A stretch of DNA of 64,000 nucleotides from Candidatus Bathyarchaeota archaeon (lineage in GTDB: Archaea; Thermoproteota; Bathyarchaeia; Bathyarchaeales; Bathycorpusculaceae), in NCBI GenBank assembly GCA_963767735.1, contig CAVYES010000004.1, positions 256,001 through 320,000 of the forward strand. Reading direction: 5' to 3'. The first letter of the stretch is position 1. Every line of letters begins with the position of its first letter. Made by a program: the position numbers and the translations under genes. Below are positions 21,866 to 32,724 of this stretch, piece by piece. The notes below the pieces were generated by a model. The model had not been told where the DNA came from, searched no databases, and saw only the letters and a list, made by a program, of their open reading frames with translations.

Positions 21866-23573
21866 TTATTTATTTTGTTTGGTTTGGAGGATTTTTTGGA
21901 GGTTAATTTCGAAGGCTGCTGTTGGGTTTTCAAGTTTCCATGCTTCGAGCACCAACGGGTTGACTTCTCCGACGATGCCGACTTCTGAGCCAGCAACGGT
22001 TATTTTGCCTGCTCTGCCTTCGATGAAGCTTGGATGAGTTGTTTCTTTTATTTGCCAATCAACCCCAAAATTGCTCATAAACGCATCTAAGGCGGATTTT
22101 ATTTCGCTGAAATTTGAGTTTGCGTGCGCTGTTGCGGCGCACAGCCATTCTTCATCCCGCGTTTTTGTTTCTTCTGCTTCGTCTGGGCGGGTTACTTTGC
22201 CGAGTTCGAATATTTTTTGTGGGAACTCTACGGATTGGTTGTTGCTGAGGAACTCCATGATACTTGGCAGCAGCCAGTTGCGCAGGCATGTCATGGTGGC
22301 GACTTTGGGGTCTGCAAGTTCCACATTGCGGGTTTTTTGTGTGTTCATTTTTTCGAAGAGACTTTCCTGATTAGTCAGCGTGTAGGTTAGGATTTCTTGG
22401 TAGCCTAACCCAACCATAAGTTCCCGTGCGATATCGATTAAATGCTGGTCTGGTTTTGGATGTCCGGTTGTGGATAGTTCGCGCCAAAGCGGCTCAATGT
22501 TGTTGTAGCCGTAGGCGATGGCGACGTCCTCAATTAGGTCAACTTGGTGCATTACGTCTACGCGGTAGCATGGAACAAGCACTTCCACGTTGTCTGCCTG
22601 CGTTTTCTGGATGCCTAAACCTGCTGTTAACAGAAGCTCAGAAATTCGGTGCGGCGAAAGCTTGAGCCCTAAAAGCTTATTCGTGTACTCAACACTCAAA
22701 GAGACGCACCTGAAGCTAAAATCAGGGGTCACGACCTCTTTGTCCGTGTACTCTGAGTTTTGTGGATAATGGATTGTCGCCGCGTAAGCTTTTCCGCCGC
22801 GGTCAATCAAAGCAGAAGTGACCAGGTTTAGGGTGTTTAGTACTGTTTTATGCATGGTGCCAGTGACTTCAACGAGGAGGTTGCGGGTTTCTTCGGTGAC
22901 TTTGCCCAGGTCGTTTGAGTTTATGATTGGCGGAAAAGACAAAGCGTTGCCTTTAGAGTCAAACAGCATTGGGTAGACCGAGTGTTTTTTGACGATGTCG
23001 CCGTACTCGATGCCTTTAGGATGACGCTCCAAAATTTCCGTTAAACTCATTTTTTCTGTAAAGCCCAACGGAACAAAGCTTACCTCGTTGGGTTTAGCAA
23101 CCGTGTACTCCAGCGGCGGAGTTATCAAGTCTATGTTGTACATGCCGATAGATGTTTTTTGCCTGCTTCTGCCGTATGTTTTGTCCAGTTTGTCTTGCAG
23201 GTGCATTAAGCCGCGGATTATTGGGTCAGTGAGGTGGATGTCTTTTACCACGGAGCAGGCGATGAATGGGCGGATGTTGTAGAGTTTTGCGTTTACGTTT
23301 ACTTCTATTGCTGGGTTGTCGGCTTCGTATTGCTTGAGCCCTTTTTGTTGGTTTAGGTAGCCGCGTAGTGCTCGTGCTTAAGCCTTCCACGCTCCAAAGG
23401 TCAGGGCGGTTGGTGTCTTTCATTTCTATGCTAACGAGGCCTTCGCGTTCGTTGTAGAGTTTGACTTCGCCTTTGATGTTGGCCAGGATTTCGTCCAGCT
23501 TTGCCATGTCACTCTGAAGGCTCATGTTAAGCAGGCGTTCAAGTTCATGGTAATCTATATCGATTGTGGGCAT
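21866..23573 (-). CDS. pheT: Phenylalanyl-tRNA synthetase beta subunit, frameshifted near 23375 (probable sequencing error)
   Basis: MPTI..DTNRPDLWSVEG in one frame; LQDKL..PPIINS..RVDVMHQVDLIEDVAIAYGY in another. Confidence 0.93.
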
Positions 23574-23574
23574 T

Positions 23575-25137
23575 TTATGTCACCTGTTTCTTTCTTAGCC
23601 AATCAAGGTCTTGGCTGAAAATCATCCGTATATCCTCGATGCCTGCGCGCATCATGAAGAGGCGGTCCACGCCAAGGCCCCATGCTATCACGGGTTCTTT
23701 TACGCCAAGCGGCAAGGTGACTTCTGGGCGGAAGATGCCTGAGCCGCCGAATTCTACCCAGCCGTAGCCTTCCTTGTAGGCGCTGAGTTCCACGCTGGGT
23801 TCTGTGAATGGGAAGTAGTCGGGTTTGAAGCATACTTTGTCTGCTCCAGCCATCTCCATGGCGAACTTGCCCAACACGCCTAAGAGGTCTTTGAGGGTTA
23901 GGTTTTCATCTATGATTATGCCTTCAACCTGGTTGAATTCTGAGAGGTGGGTTTTGTCGGTTATTTCGGGGCGATAAACGCGAGCGATGGAGAAGTGTTT
24001 GCTTGGAACACGGTAATTTTTGCTCTCCAACGTTCGGGCGCTGAGGCATGTGCCGTGACCACGCAGAATCAACCGCTGGGCTGCTAGTAATGAGTACTTG
24101 TATCCCCATCCTGTTGAGCCTGTATTCCCGCCGTTCTCATGCGTCTCAGAAACATGCTCCACCGCTTCGCCATGTTGGCCTATGTCGCCGTACTGAGGGT
24201 CTTTGACGTAGTAAATGTCGCTTGCTTCACGCGCTGGATGATCCTGCGGCACGTAGAGGGCGTCAAAGTTGAAGAAGCTGGTTTCGACGGCTGTACCAGT
24301 CATTTCTTGGAATCCTAACTGCACGAGTTTGGCTCGGACTTCATCGAGGAACTGCAGGTACGGGTGTTTTTTGCCTGGCCACACCTTAGCGACGGGAGCT
24401 TCTATGTTGTATTTTTGTAGTTTTGAGGTGTGCCATTTGCCTGTGATTATGTCTTGAGGCGTTAGTTGGGTAATAATAACTTCTGGAACTCTAACTGATA
24501 CACTGTAAAGACCTTCAGCCGATCCAGCTTTTACCAAAACTTGTTTGCCTTCTGGCGTGATTTGGAGTGTGCGGGTGGTTTTGGGCTCGATGGTTAAGAG
24601 CGTGCGTTTCTTTAGCTGTTCGGCTGCCATTTTTAGTTCTGGGCTTAGGTCTTCGAGTGCTGCTTGGTGTTTGTCGTTTAGGTAGTTTAGGAGGGTTTCG
24701 TCGCATCCTTCCTCAATGAAGGCTTGATGCAGCAGCGTCTCAACTATGCGTATCGTGTTGTCGCTCGACATGTAGAGTGCCCATTTTTTTCTTATTGTCC
24801 AGCCAAGCGCAATCTGCATGAACTGCGGTTCAATTCTCGCTTGCTGAGCCGCCACTTTGAAGTCTGCCGATCCGCCAAGCTGTGCCACGGCATGGATGAG
24901 TTTACGTTCGGGCAAGCCTTTTTTCGCGTATGCTTCTCCTTCACCCGTTAGTTTGATGACGTTTTGGTATTCGGCATGTATGGTGATTAGGTTTTTTTCT
25001 TGAAGAGTTAGTCCAGTACGCATAACTGCAGTATCTGGGAAACCGCAAGCATCAATCAGCTGTTCCACTGAGGCTTTTCCGCCAAGAGATTCTATTGCAC
25101 AGAGTAATTGTTGTTCTTGCGTTCTGAGCTCAACCAT
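23575..25137 (-). CDS. pheS: Phenylalanyl-tRNA synthetase alpha subunit
   Basis: GKKHP, FNFDALYVPQDHPAR, YFPFTEPS, GSGIFRPE and AWGLGVDRL motifs. Confidence 0.97.
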   Translation of the reverse strand: MVELRTQEQQLLCAIESLGGKASVEQLIDACGFPDTAVMRTGLTLQEKNLITIHAEYQNVIKLTGEGEAYAKKGLPERKLIHAVAQLGGSADFKVAAQQARIEPQFMQIALGWTIRKKWALYMSSDNTIRIVETLLHQAFIEEGCDETLLNYLNDKHQAALEDLSPELKMAAEQLKKRTLLTIEPKTTRTLQITPEGKQVLVKAGSAEGLYSVSVRVPEVIITQLTPQDIITGKWHTSKLQKYNIEAPVAKVWPGKKHPYLQFLDEVRAKLVQLGFQEMTGTAVETSFFNFDALYVPQDHPAREASDIYYVKDPQYGDIGQHGEAVEHVSETHENGGNTGSTGWGYKYSLLAAQRLILRGHGTCLSARTLESKNYRVPSKHFSIARVYRPEITDKTHLSEFNQVEGIIIDENLTLKDLLGVLGKFAMEMAGADKVCFKPDYFPFTEPSVELSAYKEGYGWVEFGGSGIFRPEVTLPLGVKEPVIAWGLGVDRLFMMRAGIEDIRMIFSQDLDWLRKKQVT

Positions 25138-25307
25138 AAAGCTTTCCTTCGTCAAAGTAAGTTTTGTTTATGGATAGTTCTTGCTCACAAATAAAAGCCT
25201 GCTGATTAGCTCAGGGGTCCGATGCTGGTGTGTTTGTGAAAAAAATAAACTTGGTAATTTAGCTCTTGGCTTTTATCTTAGGTATTTGCATGTGCTAGTG
25301 GTAGTTG

Positions 25308-25490
25308 CTACTCGTGTCCTTTTGTTTCATGGTGCGTTGTATCTCTGTGTCTCTCCATTTCCGAGTGACTCTTGAAGGTTTTGCCGCAATCTGGACAAGG
25401 AACTTGGCTTGGTTGTACTCCACCCACTGGCGTCTCTTGAGATGACGGGGCTCCCAACGTATGAGGCTGATGAGGTTTCTTTTTGCTCAT
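25308..25490 (-). CDS. C2H2 zinc-finger micro-protein
   Basis: CPDCGKTFKSHSEMERHRDTTH; GGTG upstream of the start. Confidence 0.75.
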   Translation of the reverse strand: MSKKKPHQPHTLGAPSSQETPVGGVQPSQVPCPDCGKTFKSHSEMERHRDTTHHETKGHE

Positions 25491-25636
25491 GACTTACACC
25501 TAAACACCCTATAAGCGGATTCAAGCTTTCTTAAACATATGTGGCTGTAACGAGACAGCAACAAATTCACAGGCACTCCGCCAGTTTTCATTGGCGTTAC
25601 CAAGAGTGAGGATAAAGCTTGAAAAATCAAGCTGTT

Positions 25637-25810
25637 TTAGGCTTTTCTTTTTGAGGCGCTTTTCTTAATCATAGGTTTGTCACAGCACATTAGTGGACCG
25701 CAGTTTGAACAGGACTCGCCAGTGCAGGCTTTGTTAAGTGTAATCTCCATGCCGCATGAAGGGTCAGCACAAACATAAACTTCACCCATTTTATAATCAA
25801 CCATCATCAT
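25637..25810 (-). CDS. Cys-rich 57 aa desulforedoxin-like or metallothionein-like micro-protein (not in the ORF track)
   Basis: Hand translation MMMVDYKMGEVYVCADPSCGMEITLNKACTGESCSNCGPLMCCDKPMIKKSASKRKA; GGAGGTGA SD directly upstream. Confidence 0.8.
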   Translation of the reverse strand: MMMVDYKMGEVYVCADPSCGMEITLNKACTGESCSNCGPLMCCDKPMIKKSASKRKA

Positions 25811-26423
25811 TCACCTCCACCGCAAACATAAAACAAAACCCTAACCTACGACCACATTAAAGCAAATCAGGTCCGGTTTATATTGATTTGTGACTGCCAA
25901 ATACCAGCAACTTTAGCGCAGCATGCTGAGAGTGAAAAGTGGTTGGGGCGTCCGGAACCTTCAGGAATAGAGAGCGAGAAGAACTCCAGACGTTTAACCC
26001 ATAACTAGCTTAGCTATCAATAGAGTTAGCATTAAAACGTTTGTATATACAGTACGCCCTTGCGCAGAACAGAAAATACTTTGCCAACCGCGCGGATAGG
26101 GCATATGCTGGATTGGTAGCTTGCAATCTTGATTTTCGGCTACTTCAGGTCTGTGCTGCTGCTACTTTACGAAGCTCGATTCTTTCTATATCCAAGCACT
26201 CATCGCAAAGATCCGAACTCGGTCTCCAAGAACGTCTTTGCATAACAACCCGTGGGTACTGTTTGCAGCTTGTGTACCAATGCCACCTGTCAGGCTCAGG
26301 ACCCTTAACATACTCGACCATTCCAATCGCCTAAATAATACTATAACGGAACAAATATTTCTAATTTGCGTACCAGAGCTTAAACTAGATTCTCAAAAAG
26401 CAGCGGCAATTATGAATTTTGTA

Positions 26424-27263
26424 TCAATTTATCGCTTGCTTTCGCGGTTTCTTCCTTAAGGTGGCGTAAACTACGGTCGCTATAACTGCGGCTGCAATGG
26501 AAACAGCTATGGCTTCGGCAATTGGTACATAATCGCTGGGCGTCGCGGAGTTGTTGGGATCACCAGGCACTGTTGCGAAGTTGGGGTAGCCACGGCTTTC
26601 CCAATATCCAAGGTAGCTTGAATCGTTTGACACGTTGATTTCCGTTACCCATTTAATCCATTTGTACCCATATTGGCTTTGAGCTACAAGCGCCAGGGGA
26701 AATCCTGCAGCGGCAGGAAGGGTGACGTTGTTTACTTTGTAAGCTAAAATTAGGTTGTTTTGCACGACGTAGCTCAAAGGAAGAGCTGTGGTGTAACCGT
26801 CGGAGCCGGTGAAGATGAGGGTTGTCGCCTTTGTGCTGGCGCCTGCTTCTTGTATGAGGTCGCTTATGGGTACACCTTGCCACAGCATTGTTACGCTCCA
26901 GCCCTCCACGCATAAAAGCTTGCCTAATTGATGGGATGAGGTGAAGTTATTGACCAAATCATCATACGTGAACTCCGCGGTTCGGTTTACTAGGCCAGTT
27001 ACGGTTAGACGATAAGTTGTCTGGTTAATGTACTGCGTTCCATCAATAGCGACATCAGGGTGTTCATCGATGTCTAAGAGGAAATTATTAACTGATGTTA
27101 AGTTTTGACCCTGATACTGCGTAACTTCTCCCGGGTAAAGATAAGATGAGGGTGTCGAGGGAGGTTTGGAAACATTCTGAACAATAATCAACGCCACAAT
27201 CAGTATAACGACTAAAAGTAACGTTATAAAAATTGGTTTTCTGTAGTCTCTGATAATTTGCAT
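26424..27263 (-). CDS. Membrane-anchored molybdopterin-dependent oxidoreductase (sulfite oxidase/MsrP-like Moco domain)
   Basis: LLCVEGWS, WQGV, DGYTT, GFPL, YGYKWIKW and GYWESRGY motifs; N- and C-terminal TM helices. Confidence 0.88.
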   Translation of the reverse strand: MQIIRDYRKPIFITLLLVVILIVALIIVQNVSKPPSTPSSYLYPGEVTQYQGQNLTSVNNFLLDIDEHPDVAIDGTQYINQTTYRLTVTGLVNRTAEFTYDDLVNNFTSSHQLGKLLCVEGWSVTMLWQGVPISDLIQEAGASTKATTLIFTGSDGYTTALPLSYVVQNNLILAYKVNNVTLPAAAGFPLALVAQSQYGYKWIKWVTEINVSNDSSYLGYWESRGYPNFATVPGDPNNSATPSDYVPIAEAIAVSIAAAVIATVVYATLRKKPRKQAIN

Positions 27264-27341
27264 TTAAACTAATACAATGATGTTTAATCTATATATTTAT
27301 GTCGCGGCTGAGTGAGCTCTGTCATTAGTAACACTTAAGCG

Positions 27342-27446
27342 CTATTTTGCTTTGCCCGCTTTCTTTGCGCAGGCATCGCTGCAATACTTCGATTTAGCAT
27401 TAAACGTAGTATAGGTTTTTTTGCAAACTGGGCATTTCTTATCCAT
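27342..27446 (-). CDS. 34 aa treble-clef/TRASH-like Zn micro-protein (not in the ORF track)
   Basis: MDKKCPVCKKTYTTFNAKSKYCSDACAKKAGKAK; GAGGCGA SD upstream. Confidence 0.65.
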   Translation of the reverse strand: MDKKCPVCKKTYTTFNAKSKYCSDACAKKAGKAK

Positions 27447-28203
27447 CCAAATCGCCTCTTAATTATTTAATACGTGTTCTTATGACCTAAAAGCTTTCTC
27501 CTAAAAAGTGGATAATTTTGACTTCCACCCTGAACTGATAAATCTAAAAACTATAAAAAAATGTGGGGAAAAAACTAAATCTCGTTAGCGAAATATTTCC
27601 TCGGTTTCTGAGTAAACTCTCAGTTAAGATAACTTCAAATCTTCTTTGGGAAAAAATTTAAAACTCTATTCTATATATTGCTCTCTATAGACTCATTATT
27701 AGGTATGCATGTTATCTGAAATTAAAGTTCTCTGAGGAGCGAAGAAAAAATAAAACCGCTAAAACAAAAAACTAAAGACCTTCTAACCGTCATAGGAATC
27801 TTAACTTTAGAATCACTATTTATTTTTGGCTCAATAAGCAATTTTTACAGGTACCTATTTTTACAAATATACCTCGACATTTATCTCGCTGTTTTCTCGA
27901 CCATTGGAGCCGCAATTTTATTTGTATTCATAATAGCGATTCTCGTAAGCTATCTGGATAAAAGAAAAGTGTTAAAGAGCTTTCAAAAACCAGCAAGAAA
28001 ACCTTGAAACTAATCAGTTTCTTATTGCAAGCATTTCACTTTGAAATAGTGTTATCGCTCATGCGAAATAACGCCGTATGTTTTGATGCTTTTATAAATG
28101 TAACAGTTTGCATGTGCCTTTTCGAAAATTTCTTAATTGCTTCGTTTTGTTTATATATTGGTTCTTTGACTATGGATGTGCAAAAAGAAGGTATATCTTA
28201 AGT

Positions 28204-28644
28204 ATGGGTTCCAAGTCTCCAAGAGGCGAATTTGCCGCAAGGCAACTGGCGAAGAAACGGAAGAATTTCCGTTGGTCTGATCGTTACTTTAACAGGCGTA
28301 TGCTTAGGCTAGATGAGAAAGTTGACCCGATGCAGGGTGCACCCCAATCTCGGGGTATCGTTCTAGAAAAAGTAGGTGTTGAATCGAAACAGCCAAACAG
28401 CGCCATCCGCAAATGCGTCCGCACACAACTCATCAAGAACGGCAGAGTCATCACCGCTTTCCTACCCGGAGACGGCGCACTCAATGTTGTTGACGAACAC
28501 GACGAGGTTGTTGTGGAGGGCATCGGCGGTACAAGAGGCGGCGCAATGGGAGACATCCCTGGAGTCCGCTGGAAAGTCGTAATGATAAACGGCGTTTCAC
28601 TAAACGAGCTCGTCTACGGACGCAAACAGAAACCAGCAAGGTAA
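28204..28644 (+). CDS. rps12: 30S ribosomal protein S12 (uS12)
   Basis: [12 protein letters not shown] and [10 protein letters not shown] motifs. Confidence 0.97.
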   Translation: MGSKSPRGEFAARQLAKKRKNFRWSDRYFNRRMLRLDEKVDPMQGAPQSRGIVLEKVGVESKQPNSAIRKCVRTQLIKNGRVITAFLPGDGALNVVDEHDEVVVEGIGGTRGGAMGDIPGVRWKVVMINGVSLNELVYGRKQKPAR

Positions 28645-28649
28645 TCGTC

Positions 28650-29240
28650 ATGAGCACACAAACAATAGCGCAACCTCAAGACATCAAGCTTTTCCAAAAA
28701 TGGACATTCAAAGACATATCCGTCGTAGACATCGGGCTGCAACGCTACCTCAATCTTACCCCGATGGTTGCACCTCACAGCATGGGACGCCACGAGCACC
28801 AACGTTTCCGCAAAGCCAAACTCAACGTCGTAGAACGCTTAATCAACAGCCTCATGCGCGGCGGCAAAAACGCTGGTAAAAAAGCCAAAACAACCAACAT
28901 CGTTAAAGAAGCATTCGAAATAATTAACTTGCGTACGGGCAAAAACCCCATAGAGATCCTCGTTAAAGCCGTTGAAAACGCTTCTCCATGCGAAGACACA
29001 ACAAGGGTCAGCTATGGAGGAGTCGTTTATCACCTATCCGTTGACGTTGCCCCGCAACGCAGAATCGACCTCGCCATACGCCACATAAGCGAAGGCGCAC
29101 GAGCAGCAAGCATCAACAACCCCCGCAGCATCCAAGAAACACTCGCAGACGAACTGGTACTGGCAGCGGCAAAAGACATAAAAAGTGCAGCCATCGCCAA
29201 ACGCAACGAAATCGAACGCGTCGCACAATCAAGCAGATAA
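28650..29240 (+). CDS. rps7: 30S ribosomal protein S7 (uS7)
   Basis: KLFQKW, PHSMGRH, VDVAPQRR and ERVAQSSR motifs. Confidence 0.97.
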   Translation: MSTQTIAQPQDIKLFQKWTFKDISVVDIGLQRYLNLTPMVAPHSMGRHEHQRFRKAKLNVVERLINSLMRGGKNAGKKAKTTNIVKEAFEIINLRTGKNPIEILVKAVENASPCEDTTRVSYGGVVYHLSVDVAPQRRIDLAIRHISEGARAASINNPRSIQETLADELVLAAAKDIKSAAIAKRNEIERVAQSSR

Positions 29241-29452
29241 ACAATTTTCCTTTTCTTTATTTATCTCCAATTCAGCAAGGTTTAGAATGCAATATTTCTT
29301 AAATTCTCAATGCGGAAATCAGTTTTAAGCCATTTTTTGCTATTCAGCAAACAAAGAGCGGGATATTTGGGCTTAAATTTGAACAAACTTTAATAACTAT
29401 TTTGTACCGATACACTTCTTCATTAGAATCCACTGTTTGAAGTGAGGACAAT

Positions 29453-30427
29453 TTGAAAAAAATATTACCCGCAATTATTGTTGTAGTTTTACTGTTAGCT
29501 ATGTTTACTGTATTGGCCTCGCCGCGTGTGAGAGCGCAAACTTCACAAGCTAAAGTTCTCGATTACTATTGGTACACAGCTCCAGCAGACACGAGCCTGG
29601 CAGGATATATTGGTGATTTGATCGCTGTCGGCGAGGTACAAAATGTCGGTACATCCGTCATATCATACGTGGAACTTACAGGCGTCGCTATAAATTCTAC
29701 AGGAGAAGTATTGAATTCCAACGAAGCCCAAGCCTCCGGATTTAACCTGCTTCCAGGGCAGAAAGCTCCCTTCTACATAGATTTCAACCCTGCAAACAGC
29801 ATCACTGGAGATCAAACCTACATCACATCGGTGAGCAAAGTTAACGTTGGAGTAACGTATATCAGCGAAACTAATTCGACCCCATACCAAGGCTTAACAA
29901 TTCCAACAGCGACAACAACTGCAAGTGACGTCGCTGGAGCCTTCACTGTTACAGGAACCGTTCAGAATGCTGGCACCCAAACGGTTGGTAGCGTTTTGGT
30001 TGTCACGACGTTTTATAACGCTTCTGGGAACATTGTCTCTTTCAACTTCACAAATTATTTAACCACAAACTCTGGCAGCAGCAATTTTGCACCAGGCGAT
30101 TCCTCAACGTTCACGGCAACGCCCATGGACAATTCACCAACACTATCAAGTGAAATAGCAAACTACACTTTCCTGCTCCAGTCTCAGCCAGCATCAACTT
30201 CACCCACATCTACACCGTCGTCTTCGACTACCCCAACACCTTCGGGAGCCACCACAGCGCCTACACAAACTTCAACCCAGCTATCTTCCGCAGTCACTTA
30301 TGGCGCAGTAGCCGCCGTCGTGATAATAGTAGTCGTTCTTATCGCATTATTGTTCCTTAGGAACCGCAAAAAAACTGAGCAGTCAGAGCCACCGCCACCT
30401 CCACCACCGCCTCCACCTCCAACATAA
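29453..30427 (+). CDS. Membrane-anchored surface protein with FxLYD-like Ig domains and a poly-Pro cytoplasmic tail
   Basis: Signal peptide, GEVQNVG and GTVQNAG repeats, S/T linker, TM helix, RNRKK, then 11 consecutive Pro. Confidence 0.8.
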   Translation: MKKILPAIIVVVLLLAMFTVLASPRVRAQTSQAKVLDYYWYTAPADTSLAGYIGDLIAVGEVQNVGTSVISYVELTGVAINSTGEVLNSNEAQASGFNLLPGQKAPFYIDFNPANSITGDQTYITSVSKVNVGVTYISETNSTPYQGLTIPTATTTASDVAGAFTVTGTVQNAGTQTVGSVLVVTTFYNASGNIVSFNFTNYLTTNSGSSNFAPGDSSTFTATPMDNSPTLSSEIANYTFLLQSQPASTSPTSTPSSSTTPTPSGATTAPTQTSTQLSSAVTYGAVAAVVIIVVVLIALLFLRNRKKTEQSEPPPPPPPPPPPT

Positions 30428-30641
30428 TTTCTTTTTTTTTCTGTTACCATTTGTCATAATCATGTTTTTTGTGTATTCAAAACTTTTATCGACGAACTAT
30501 TTGGGGAATAACAGCGACTGTTTTTCGAAGTTTTTTCCTCCTAAAAAACCTATGTGCCTTATTTTAACTTGAAAAACCCGAAATGCTATGTTACAGAAGT
30601 AAGAATATCTACACTCAACAACTGTTGGAACTAAAATCTTG

Positions 30642-31829
30642 TCAGGATATTCTTGTGTGGATTTCCACTATATCTCCGTCTTCTAAGATGAAACCTAAAC
30701 CCACTTTCTTTGGGCTGAACGGCAAACGCTTAGCCCACACCATAGCGAACATGAAATTCTGAAGCATCTCCTTGTGAATATTTTTCGCCAAGTCGTTTAC
30801 TGTTGCTCCATGCTTTAAAACAAACGGGTGACCAGTGTCTTCCCTGGAGCCAGGATCCTTGGTGTAAACGCGGACAACATTTAAGCTTTCTAAAAGCGCA
30901 CGCCCCAACTCGTTAATTCCGGTTTTTTGTTCACATGACATAGCAACAATGGGTAACCGTCCATTCACGTACTGTTTTAAAAGCTTCAGGTTCGCCTCAG
31001 TACCTTTCAAATCCAGCTTGTTTGCTACAATCACCGCTGGCTTGTAGGTTGTGGTTTCAAAAATCGCGTCCTCCACATCATCAAGCCGTATCTCACCGCT
31101 AATTCTCACTATGGCATCGGTTATTTTGTAGCTGCGAAGCAAATCCTCAACATCCTGCATTGAGCAATCTAAAAGTTTACCGACAAGGATAATGCGCAAA
31201 GCTGCACCAGCGTGACGGCGGTCAATATCCACCTTTCCGCTTGGCTTACTTACGAGCACACGACTTTTCTCTAACTCAGCTAAAATCAGTTCCAACTGCT
31301 CAATCGGGTCACGAGACAAATCAACCATCAAAATAACGCCGTCAGCATTCCGCGCTAAACCAAGCGTAACATGGCCCGCTGCACGTCCATCCGCGCTGCC
31401 CTCCATTACCGCTGGGGCTTCAACAATCTGGAACTGCACATGTCCATAACTCATTATGCCCGGCACCGGCTCGTGGGTGCTGTATGGCGTCGGCGTAACT
31501 ATCACTTTTGAGTTTGTTGTGGCGGTCATTAGGCAGCTTTTGCCCACGTTGGTCATGCCGATTAACGCTATCTGCGCTGAACCCTCCTTTTCGATAAAAA
31601 GCTTCGGTCCGCCGCTGCTCTTGCCCGTGCCCATGCGCTTCTTCTTGTCCAAATCAGCGCGGATAAGAGAAATTTTCCTGTTCATTTCGCCACGTAGTTT
31701 CATAGTGCCTTTGTGGTGTGGAACATACTTTAGGAACTCAATCATAGCATCCATTTTTTCTTTAGGCGTATGGGCAGCTTCAACTAGCTCCCACTTATCC
31801 ATTGCTTCAGGCGGCAAATTCGTCGGCAT
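30642..31829 (-). CDS. DRG/OBG-family GTPase with TGS domain
   Basis: MPTNLP, PHHKGT, GMTNVGKS and ANKLD motifs; TGS end LEDGDIVEIH. Confidence 0.92.
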   Translation of the reverse strand: MPTNLPPEAMDKWELVEAAHTPKEKMDAMIEFLKYVPHHKGTMKLRGEMNRKISLIRADLDKKKRMGTGKSSGGPKLFIEKEGSAQIALIGMTNVGKSCLMTATTNSKVIVTPTPYSTHEPVPGIMSYGHVQFQIVEAPAVMEGSADGRAAGHVTLGLARNADGVILMVDLSRDPIEQLELILAELEKSRVLVSKPSGKVDIDRRHAGAALRIILVGKLLDCSMQDVEDLLRSYKITDAIVRISGEIRLDDVEDAIFETTTYKPAVIVANKLDLKGTEANLKLLKQYVNGRLPIVAMSCEQKTGINELGRALLESLNVVRVYTKDPGSREDTGHPFVLKHGATVNDLAKNIHKEMLQNFMFAMVWAKRLPFSPKKVGLGFILEDGDIVEIHTRIS

Positions 31830-31943
31830 ACAAACTACGCAAATACTATCCGCAAATCAACTTTAAGACTATTTCCGTATTCCCCAAGTCAGAAATAAGG
31901 CAAAAACCCCAAACCGAAACGTTTAAGCTAAGTCAACAGGACG

Positions 31944-32174
31944 GTGAAAAGCATGAGTAGCCGAAAAGCCCTTTTTGAGAAGCGGATTCTTGCATACCAA
32001 AGCAGTAAACGCTGGTATGATTCGATACAGTCAGAGCAAACAAGGCGCGTTTACTTAAATCGATTGAGGCACTATTGCACTTGGGCTAAAAAAACTCCAG
32101 ATGAATTGATAGGCTTAAAACTGCAAGGATTACAGAACCTAAACGGAGAAAAAGAGTTTCAAGCAGTCAGTTAG
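31944..32174 (+). pseudogene. N-terminal (SAM-like core-binding) fragment of a tyrosine integrase
   Basis: SEQTRRVYLNRLRHYCTWAKKTPDELI; no catalytic domain follows. Confidence 0.55.
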
Positions 32175-32200
32175 CCTTCTATTTCACAAGAGCTGGCGGC

Positions 32201-32587
32201 ATGACTCCTTTTGACATAGTGGAAATCCTCAAGGACACTGTCACGATTCCAACAGGATTTGCCCTTTTAGCTTATATTTGGATACCTGCTTTGATATTTG
32301 GCTACTATATGGTTTATCGTGATCCGCCCAAAACATTCAATGAACTAACCCAGAAAGCAATCGGTATAATGCTTATCTTTTTCCTTACCTATTCATGGCT
32401 CTCCGAACCATATGTCAACGTGGTAGTCGCATTTGCTCTTTTAGCTTTGCCATTGACCAAGATGAATTTCCGCAATTTCCACTTTTTATGGGTAATTACA
32501 CTATTTTTTATGATCCTCACCACTAATTTTTTTCAACTTTTTTTATCTTGTATCTCCCCCGATCCCTTGTCTCATCAGCAATTCTGA
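32201..32587 (+). pseudogene. C-terminal fragment of a polytopic membrane protein (GT-C-like)
   Basis: Hydrophobic segments with WLSEPYV; appears 5'-truncated against the integrase fragment. Confidence 0.4.
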
Positions 32588-32724
32588 TTGAACATAACAT
32601 CAGAGACTGGAGACTTATTGCGCGGTTCATAATCGCGGTAGTTTGGCAGGCTTTCGCTTGGATGTTAGCTATCAAAATCCTTTTGGTAAAGAAATTTAAG
32701 ACGCAAATTAGCCTTGTAGATTGA

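Noticed and set aside
21790-21870. G/T-rich, nearly C-free tract downstream of pheT and ORF 21813-22037
   Set aside because: Low-complexity intergenic sequence continuing the strand bias of pheT; the ORF is an antisense shadow
23226-23573. Programmed frameshift or naturally split pheT
   Set aside because: No obvious slippery heptamer, and many similar indels across the window favour sequencing error
27700-28007. Possible small membrane-protein gene ending ..SYLDKRKVLKSFQKPARKP
   Set aside because: No intact start or frame could be established; at most a decayed or mis-assembled gene
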